Positions 58,001-64,000 of a stretch of 64,000 nucleotides of DNA are shown here, one piece after another. The notes beneath the pieces were generated by a model. It made no database searches and had not been told where the DNA came from. It was given only the letters and a program-made list of their open reading frames with translations. The translations under genes were made by a program, and so were the position numbers. The DNA lies in the IMG/VR virus record IMGVR_UViG_3300035520_001075, positions 32,001 through 96,000 of that record. One strand, written 5' to 3'. Numbering within the stretch: the stretch's first letter is position 1; every line of letters begins with the position of its first letter. Source of the stretch: a virus (taxonomy: Duplodnaviria; Caudoviricetes).

Positions 58001-58044
58001 GTATCATCATAATCAAATTTTCCAGTTTTCTTTATTACTATCAT
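55041..58044 (-). CDS. nrdD: Anaerobic ribonucleoside-triphosphate reductase (spliced, 717 aa)
   Basis: ATP-cone N-terminus, NCC and SSQYGG. Exons 58044-56884, 56693-56211, 55811-55385 and 55123-55041 give PMG|CRS, YGTP|MES and the glycyl-radical motif RICG-Y-IS (split within the Tyr codon). Confidence 0.92.
55124..55384 (-). mobile_element. Group I intron nrdD-I3 (no ORF, 261 nt)
   Basis: P1: exon GTGGCT pairs with GGTCAC. R GTTCAACGACTA and S AAGGTATAGTCT. Terminal G at 55124. Confidence 0.87.
55812..56210 (-). mobile_element. Group I intron nrdD-I2 (399 nt)
   Basis: P10 CAT pairs with exon ATG. R GTCTAACGACTA and S AAGATATAGTCT. Terminal G at 55812. Confidence 0.83.
56694..56883 (-). mobile_element. 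Group I intron nrdD-I1 (no ORF, only 190 nt)
   Basis: P1: exon ATGGGT pairs with GCCCAT. R GTATCGACTA and S AATATAGTCAG. Terminal G at 56694. Removal restores MG|CRS. Confidence 0.85.
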
Positions 58045-58077
58045 TCTGAAAACCTCCTTTTCATTTACTTTACTATA

Positions 58078-58121
58078 ATTATATCACAAATAATAGAAAA
58101 AGTCAAGAGATACTCTTGACT
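58078..58121 (-). promoter_or_regulatory. Terminator hairpin fused to the nrdD promoter
   Basis: AGTCAAGAG-TAT-CTCTTGACT-TTTT, with TTGACT-17-TATAAT. Confidence 0.78.
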
Positions 58122-58129
58122 TAATCTTT

Positions 58130-58573
58130 TTAAAATTCTTCCCATTCTTCCATATTTTGTGTTATTGTTTTTACATAAGAATTTCCATTAAGACGGGTAT
58201 ATCTTTCATATAAAGAAAGCCAGTCCTATTTGGCTCGTGTTGGAATTCGTTTTTCATCCTTATAAGCGACATACAGAGTAGTAATCTCGTGTCTTAACAT
58301 TACCAAATCATTTTGATTCTGAGCATTTAGCTGTCCCTTAATGTCATCTAAAACAGCCTTAATATCACTCATATCCTTATTAATCTGATTAGTATTCTCG
58401 CCTTCTTTAATTCCTCTTTCCTCATACGCTTCTGCGGCGGCCTCTTTGGCTATTTTCTTAATCCAATCTCTTGGCTTTTTAAAAACCATCCCCCATAATG
58501 CCGCTAAAGTAATAATTGCTCCAGCCGCTCCGCCAATTGTTTTTAGTATTTCTAAAAAATCTAACCAACTCAT
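58130..58573 (-). CDS. Putative holin-like membrane protein (one TAG)
   Basis: N-terminal hydrophobic helix IGGAAGAIITLAALWGMVF, then a coiled coil and LRHEITTLY. After TAG 58228-58226 the frame continues LYERYTRLNGNSYV...EEF to TAA, a C-terminal pattern typical of Firmicutes phage holin-like proteins. Confidence 0.6.
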
Positions 58574-58574
58574 T

Positions 58575-58988
58575 TCAAAAACCTCCATGTGATATAATAT
58601 AATCATTATGATATATATCCCTCACACGATAAGAAGGTTCTGTTATTATTTTGCCCAAAGTTAATCCTTCTAAATCCCAATAAGGAATTCTTATCAATGG
58701 TATATTATGTAGTATGCAATATTTGTTTTTACGTCTATCCCATTCTCGTTGCTTTTTAAAACCGAAAATGTTCTTATGAAAATGTTTTGTAAATTTGTAG
58801 TGTTGAATCCCATCTACTTCAAGGAGAAATAATATTTTATTATTCTTATAAACAGCAAAGTCAAATCTTAATGGAACTTGCTTTTTACCTACTAAATCAG
58901 TAAATGATATTTCCCTTTTAAATGCTATTCCGTTCTTATTAAAAATATCAATAAGTTTTTGTTCACCTTTAGAAGTCTTAATACTCAT
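58575..58988 (-). CDS. PD-(D/E)xK nuclease (DUF559/Vsr-like)
   Basis: Motifs SKGE, LRFDFAV, LEVDGIQH, D..KNKYC and IPLIRIPYW. Start ATG 58988. Confidence 0.75.
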   Translation of the reverse strand: MSIKTSKGEQKLIDIFNKNGIAFKREISFTDLVGKKQVPLRFDFAVYKNNKILFLLEVDGIQHYKFTKHFHKNIFGFKKQREWDRRKNKYCILHNIPLIRIPYWDLEGLTLGKIITEPSYRVRDIYHNDYIISHGGF

Positions 58989-59781
58989 CTCTATCTCCTC
59001 TTCTAATAGGCTTTTCTCTGAATTCTGTAGGAACTGGATAAGGCGGCAAAACGCAAGGAAAACCAGTAGGGATTTCTTTTGGTTGTTCCATTTCCTTAAC
59101 TTTATGCGGCTCAATATGATATGTTGCCACATGATGAAGGTGTGGATAATCTTCTGGTCTTTTCTTTTCTTTATTAAATTCGTAGAACTGACAATCTAAT
59201 TCAGCAGTGAAGTAGGTTGTGTTAATAAGGTCTAACTCTTTTCCGTCTTTTTCTTTTTTCTCCATATCTTCTCTCCAAACTAATAAGTTAATTTGGAAAT
59301 TCTCTACGGTTTCATCGGTTAAAGTATATTTTAAATGATAAAAGATTTCCTTGCCTTCACTAATATCATATTCATTTGTCTTATCGTTCCAAATAGCAGT
59401 TATTATTGCTAAATAATCTTCAAAATCACAGAGGAATTGTATAAAGTCTTTATTGTGATATTTAACTTCTTTTATTGAGCCAGATTCTTTCTTATCCTGT
59501 ATTGTGGCGGCCATATCAAAGGTAAAATAATCAGCATAGTTTTCTAAATCAAATCCTTCAAAGTTTGGCAGCGGTCTTGGAAAATACTTAGATTTGTACC
59601 ATTTAAGCTCTAAATCCTTATTTGGATTACCAAGCAAATTTTCAATTAATGAAGCCGCTTTTAAATAATCCTTACGAATTGAACAAATAGGAAACTTCTT
59701 ACAAGAATAACATTTTGGCTGAACTTTCGTAGGCTCTGGCGGCACATTATTAGCTGGCTTTAAATAACAATTATTTCTCAT
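58978..59781 (-). CDS. Hypothetical protein with a Cys cluster
   Basis: CYSCKKFPIC near the N-terminus, Pro-rich ends. RBS AAGGGGTG. Confidence 0.7.
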   Translation of the reverse strand: MRNNCYLKPANNVPPEPTKVQPKCYSCKKFPICSIRKDYLKAASLIENLLGNPNKDLELKWYKSKYFPRPLPNFEGFDLENYADYFTFDMAATIQDKKESGSIKEVKYHNKDFIQFLCDFEDYLAIITAIWNDKTNEYDISEGKEIFYHLKYTLTDETVENFQINLLVWREDMEKKEKDGKELDLINTTYFTAELDCQFYEFNKEKKRPEDYPHLHHVATYHIEPHKVKEMEQPKEIPTGFPCVLPPYPVPTEFREKPIRRGDRDEY

Positions 59782-59862
59782 TCTATCACCCCTTTACATA
59801 AAATAAAGAGAAAAATCTCTTCTCTATGTTAAGTAAAAGGGCTTCTTTTAAGTTCTAATATT

Positions 59863-60996
59863 TTAATTATTTTCAATTTGCGACCAATCACAGTCGGCGG
59901 CCGCTTTATCAGGACGTTCTTGGACTATTTTACCATGTCTTAAAGAATAGTGTCCTGATATATATTCAAGCTCCATGCAAGTAAGTTCATAGACCTTATT
60001 AAGGTATTTCTCAGGATTTTCAACAATTCCTTGCTTCATTTCATCTGTAATTCCAGAAATCCAGCCTATACGAATTGGTTTTCCATCTTTCATTACTGAG
60101 AACGAAATTGCACTTGCCCAGCCATAATAATAAGCTTTTGTAATTGGAGTTAAAGCTCTACCTTGGTAATAATCATAGTACATATTTTTATTAATCTTTT
60201 CTCCTGTTTTATCATTAATCCAGTAATTCCAATTCTCAATTTCTTTGCCATTATATTCTTTAGTAGGGCTCTTATATTCTCCATCAATAAAAGCGTCTAT
60301 TGTCTGTTCTATTTCCATTTTAACTTTAAGAGTTTTTCTACTTGTTCTCTTGCCTGGCTCAGCAATTCCGTTCTTTTTGTAAAGTACCATTCCTTCGTCG
60401 CCACGTTTTAAAATTTCACCTAATTCATTCCAAGCCTCTTCTCCTTCTAAATATTTAGCTATATCTATATATTCTTTTCCCTTACTGGCGGCCGCTATAA
60501 AAGTATCTAAATATTTTCTAATTCTATCTTCAAATTTAGTATTGAGTAGACTTTTTCCATTATAAGCCCAGACATCAAACACATAGTAGTGGAGTTTCTC
60601 ACCTTTTTCTTGTCTATCAAGAGCTTTATTAAGTAAACACCCAAGTATTGTTCCTACTTTACGACTTCCTCTTTGTTCAGGAAGATATAATTCTCCAAGT
60701 AAACAAGTTCCATTAGGTAGACTATCAAAGAATTCTTGGCACTGAGGTGTCCATTCTATTTTATTTAAATATCCTCCTTCTACACTTTCAGAGCGGCCTT
60801 GTAATCTCATGTTTCCATTATTATCTTTTATAAATCTTGCATAGTGGCCATCATTCTTTAGAGCTCCAAGGTACTGTTTAGAGAGGAACATTTGTTTTGT
60901 TTCTTCTTTTTTATTACCTTTATAGGATTTAGCAAATGACCAATAACGTTCTGCAGGAAGTTCTTCAAAATCTACATTATCAATTATCATACTCAT
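59863..60996 (-). CDS. lig: ATP-dependent DNA ligase
   Basis: Motif I KNDG, III LLGELY, IIIa YYVFDV, IV EGMVL, V LKVK, and VI SLRHG..RPDK. Confidence 0.85.
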   Translation of the reverse strand: MSMIIDNVDFEELPAERYWSFAKSYKGNKKEETKQMFLSKQYLGALKNDGHYARFIKDNNGNMRLQGRSESVEGGYLNKIEWTPQCQEFFDSLPNGTCLLGELYLPEQRGSRKVGTILGCLLNKALDRQEKGEKLHYYVFDVWAYNGKSLLNTKFEDRIRKYLDTFIAAASKGKEYIDIAKYLEGEEAWNELGEILKRGDEGMVLYKKNGIAEPGKRTSRKTLKVKMEIEQTIDAFIDGEYKSPTKEYNGKEIENWNYWINDKTGEKINKNMYYDYYQGRALTPITKAYYYGWASAISFSVMKDGKPIRIGWISGITDEMKQGIVENPEKYLNKVYELTCMELEYISGHYSLRHGKIVQERPDKAAADCDWSQIENN

Positions 60997-61112
60997 ATTT
61001 TATCTTATCTCCTTATTATTATTATTATTATTAATTATATTATATATTATATACTAATGATAATATATAATAACCAATATCAACCAACCTATTTCTTTTC
61101 TCCAAAACTTAT

Positions 61113-61913
61113 GTGAACGGCTACGAGCGGAGCGAGTAGCGTTCACCGCCACTCGATGCACAACTTGTTGTGCATCCTGTGGCGTTTTGTGTAGGCATAT
61201 CAATGTAGGCACATCAGTATTGAAAAGACGGCATTAAATGTTGTATGCCCTATAGGCTACTGATTTTTTGATATTTCACCCATCACAAGAAATAAAAAAA
61301 AGAATTATTGAAATTCTTTATTTCACTTTCAACTATCGTTAATTTAGTTTCTTACGAAATCTCTGATACTTAACAGTTCAATTAACAGTTGCCCTTATAG
61401 CGTTCTCCTTTAAGGGAAAGTATTTTCTAAAACTATCGCCCCAACCTCAACTTTTATTATAATACGTTTATAATAGGTTTTAACTACCTTTTTGACGATT
61501 AAGATTACGTTGAGATTCATAACCGCTTACGAGTTATTAGGCATACTAAATATTTAATCTTAATAGAAAATAAATGTACCCTCAAATACAGAGTAAGAAT
61601 TGTTCTCAAATTCTTAAACGAGTAGATTTACGCTGCAAGGCTTACCAAACCATAAAGACGTAGAAAAACAGAGCCTATCATCTCGACAGTCCCTGTTTCC
61701 CTTTTTGATATCGCAGTGTCTTTTACAGTGTCATCACTGCGTTAAGGTATAATCTAACTTTAATCTCCACAGAGAGTTGAACATTGACCTTAAATTTGAA
61801 TGTACAGTGGTATAATCCTTTTGTTATATCAGTTCCATTCTATTCAATTGTTAGCCGTAATTTACGGAGATAATCAGGTTTTAATAACCAGAAATGAGTT
61901 TTTCTCATTTATT
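61113..61913 (-). ncRNA. Candidate large structured non-coding RNA
   Basis: A region of about 950 nt without a credible gene, directly downstream of a consensus promoter. It has many local hairpins and several long-range complementary pairs. Confidence 0.5.
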
Positions 61914-61919
61914 ATAATA

Positions 61920-61948
61920 ATTATAACACATTTTTATTTAAAAGTCAA
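61920..61948 (-). promoter_or_regulatory. SigmaA-type promoter firing into the non-coding region
   Basis: TTGACT-17-TATAAT with TG, followed by TATTATAATAAATGAGA. Confidence 0.8.
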
Positions 61949-61953
61949 GTAGT

Positions 61954-62508
61954 TTAGTATAATGACTTGGCGGCCGCAGCAGTTTTAATTACAGAATAGA
62001 TTTCTTCCCAATCATTACATCTATGAATAGAGGGGTCAATAACATTCTTATTCCACGGATAAGCAAGACAAATTTTTAATGGTTGAGTTGTACTAAAATT
62101 GGATAAGCAATCATCTATTAAAGCATCACCAATGACCATACTTTTATCATAACAAACAATCAGATGCTTTCTTATATCCATATAAGGGAAAATTCTTTGG
62201 AGATAAGATTCTTTTTTAGGAGCATTCTTCATTTCTGTTTTAGTACAAAAATAAATTTCGTGTCCATCATTAAATAATTTTGCCATATATTTCTGAACAT
62301 TTGGTACTAATTTCATTCTATTCCATGTTCTTTTATCAAGAAAATAATGATAGAATGTTTCCTTATACTGCGGCTTGACAAAATTTTCGATATTATACTT
62401 AGTAATTTTATCTACAGTAAGATTATCTTCACTATCTTCATTATAAACATCTAATACTGCTGTAGTTAAGTCTCCTACTACATTATCAACATCACATAAA
62501 ATTCTCAT
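61954..62508 (-). CDS. 5'(3')-deoxyribonucleotidase (HAD, NT5C-like)
   Basis: Motifs ILCDVDNVV, K..YL...FP, DK......LIDD and PWN. Confidence 0.85.
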   Translation of the reverse strand: MRILCDVDNVVGDLTTAVLDVYNEDSEDNLTVDKITKYNIENFVKPQYKETFYHYFLDKRTWNRMKLVPNVQKYMAKLFNDGHEIYFCTKTEMKNAPKKESYLQRIFPYMDIRKHLIVCYDKSMVIGDALIDDCLSNFSTTQPLKICLAYPWNKNVIDPSIHRCNDWEEIYSVIKTAAAAKSLY

Positions 62509-63057
62509 TTAGTCCTCCCATCTTAGCCTAATAATACTACAATTTCTCATTTTTCCATCTACATATCTTTTTGATTCTACTACATCAAAGCCTTTAGAGA
62601 TAATTTCTTTTTTGACAGTATTCCATTTTAAGATATTGCCTCTTTTATCTTTGATTTTAAAGAATTGACTTAATTGGTCTTTATCTTCTTTAAATAATGG
62701 CTTTTCAAGTAAAGAAGTTATCATTCTAATAATTTCTTTTTTGGAAGGCGGCAAAGCCTTTTTTGAGTCAAAAATATTCTGGGCGGCCGCTATCTTATTA
62801 TAGCCATTATTAATAGTATCGTACTTTTCAATATAATATTTTTCTTTATCACTTAGCTCTTCTTCTTCACATAATTCTATAATAGAAAAAGTAAAGTTAT
62901 TAGAATTGTGATAAAGATTAAAATGGAATTCGTCATCAATAGAAGTAGAATATTTACCTTGTTCTAAATGCTCATTCCATCTACGAAAAATATCAATTGA
63001 TTTTCCAATATACTTCTTTTGAGTAGTTTTATTTTCTATACAATAAATACCAATCAT
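62509..63057 (-). CDS. Free-standing GIY-YIG endonuclease
   Basis: MIGIYCIENK...KYIGKS..I.RRW.EH, E.YYI and GYN. Own promoter at 63089-63117. Confidence 0.8.
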   Translation of the reverse strand: MIGIYCIENKTTQKKYIGKSIDIFRRWNEHLEQGKYSTSIDDEFHFNLYHNSNNFTFSIIELCEEEELSDKEKYYIEKYDTINNGYNKIAAAQNIFDSKKALPPSKKEIIRMITSLLEKPLFKEDKDQLSQFFKIKDKRGNILKWNTVKKEIISKGFDVVESKRYVDGKMRNCSIIRLRWED

Positions 63058-63124
63058 TTTTATTGTCCTTTCTTAACTTACTATAATAATTATAACATTA
63101 ATTATAAAAAAAGTCAAAACTTTT

Positions 63125-63637
63125 TCAGTTTTGACCTTTAATAAACAATTCATAAAATGTTGTAGCTTCTTCTTTTAATTCTTCAATGCCTTGTGTATTA
63201 TCAATTTCAATATCATAGCCGCCTTCTCTAACATTATCATCAGCTCTATTACCATAGGATTGTTCTTCTACATCTCTTTTAATAGTAAGAGTTAAAGCAT
63301 TATAGTCTTTAGATAGTCTTTCAATGTCTTTATCTTCTCTACAATCTACAAAAACCGCTTTAGAGCCTAATTTTCTATGTTGTTCTATTTTAGATATCAA
63401 TTCTCTATAAGGGTAATCATTCCATTCTTCTAAAACATCTTTTAGGTCTGCAAGCATTTTTCTATCATTAGCATCTTTTTTCCCATTCCAACCAGCAAAT
63501 AGTGCTACATCTTTAATACTATCAACAATAGAAAGAACTCCCACATCATCTCCATTATTGGCGGCTGCCTCTCTGACAAAGGACTCAAAAAGAGTTTTTC
63601 CTGTTGTTGGTTTTGAATTTACTATAAATACTTTCAT
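63125..63637 (-). CDS. P-loop nucleotide monophosphate kinase-like protein
   Basis: Motifs VNSKPTTGKT, GWNGKKD..DRKML, VFVDCRE and YDIEIDN. Confidence 0.65.
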   Translation of the reverse strand: MKVFIVNSKPTTGKTLFESFVREAAANNGDDVGVLSIVDSIKDVALFAGWNGKKDANDRKMLADLKDVLEEWNDYPYRELISKIEQHRKLGSKAVFVDCREDKDIERLSKDYNALTLTIKRDVEEQSYGNRADDNVREGGYDIEIDNTQGIEELKEEATTFYELFIKGQN

Positions 63638-64000
63638 TCAAAAATTTCCTCCTCTAATTCTACAAATTTTCCATCTATATATTTATAAGGACGTTTAATG
63701 ACTTTATCATCTTTCCAATGAACTTCTATAATTTCATTTCCCCATCTTTCGGCTAAATATTTAGGTATGCTTAAATCATTATAATTGTAATATTCCAATT
63801 TTGGTATATTTGTTTTATTCTTCAAATATAAAGGAAAATAGCTCTTACTGATGATTTCTGGCTCTTCTAAACTGTCATACCACATATAGAATATCATATC
63901 ATTTAAGTCTTGCACTTTTTGAGCAATTTTTTTATCAATCTCAAAATTATTTTCCCAAAAAACAACGTAAATTTTTTTCTCTGTATGCCAAGTATAGCCG
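63634..64000 (-). CDS. Hypothetical protein (5' end outside the window)
   Basis: The frame of track ORF 63634..63915 stays open to the window edge. Confidence 0.6.
   Translation of the reverse strand, partial: GYTWHTEKKIYVVFWENNFEIDKKIAQKVQDLNDMIFYMWYDSLEEPEIISKSYFPLYLKNKTNIPKLEYYNYNDLSIPKYLAERWGNEIIEVHWKDDKVIKRPYKYIDGKFVELEEEIFE

Noticed and set aside
28745-58044. Inteins or programmed frameshifts as the cause of split replication genes
   Set aside because: The inserts contain stops and group I P/Q/R/S motifs with U-ending exons and terminal G. Exact removal restores conserved protein motifs.
3487-60411. Short antisense or alternate-frame ORFs in the track (e.g. 3487, 6591, 7713, 9723, 11188, 19823, 26479, 27063, 31774, 36017, 47046, 57685, 60163)
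   Set aside because: They overlap well-supported genes and show no RBS or recognisable motif.
61723-61908. 61-codon - strand ORF under code 15 at the start of the non-coding region
   Set aside because: Its ATG is part of the AAATGAGA motif shared by several promoters, it has no RBS, and it overlaps dense RNA-like pairing. A leaderless peptide is not fully excluded.
1-64000. CRISPR array, tRNA (including an amber suppressor) or integrase
   Set aside because: I saw no regularly spaced repeats, cloverleaf or recombinase motifs by eye. A tRNAscan-SE or ARAGORN run is needed to be certain.

Overview
This window is part of a large, AT-rich tailed phage genome. Its sigmaA-type promoters and GGAGG ribosome-binding sites suggest a Firmicutes/Clostridia host. 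The + strand (1-25.2 kb) carries late tail genes: tape measure, Dit, a two-part Tal-like protein, an M23/lysozyme enzyme and a five-gene module of unknown function. The - strand (25.3-64 kb) carries replication and nucleotide genes (RuvC, dUTPase, ClpP, DnaE, RecJ, primase, helicase, PhoH, a Sak4-like ATPase, an SSB-like protein, gyrase A/B, NrdD/G, ligase). Two processes explain the fragmented ORF track. (1) TAG is read as a sense codon, most likely Gln (code 15). No real gene ends in TAG, and in-frame TAGs sit in late genes plus three - strand genes (RuvC, a putative holin, one unknown). (2) At least 14 group I introns interrupt 7 genes. Five are packed into about 250 coding nt of the tape measure gene, leaving micro-exons of 18, 9 and 21 nt that rebuild the motif RY-IATTAA-GSR-QQSRFLA-LM. 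Other notable signals: a promoter-driven, about 800-nt structured non-coding region (candidate large ncRNA), strong over-representation of GCGGCCGC, a methyltransferase/nuclease cassette bounded by identical 27-bp promoter repeats, and terminator hairpins fused to promoter -35 boxes. All calls were made by eye from motifs, with no database searches.
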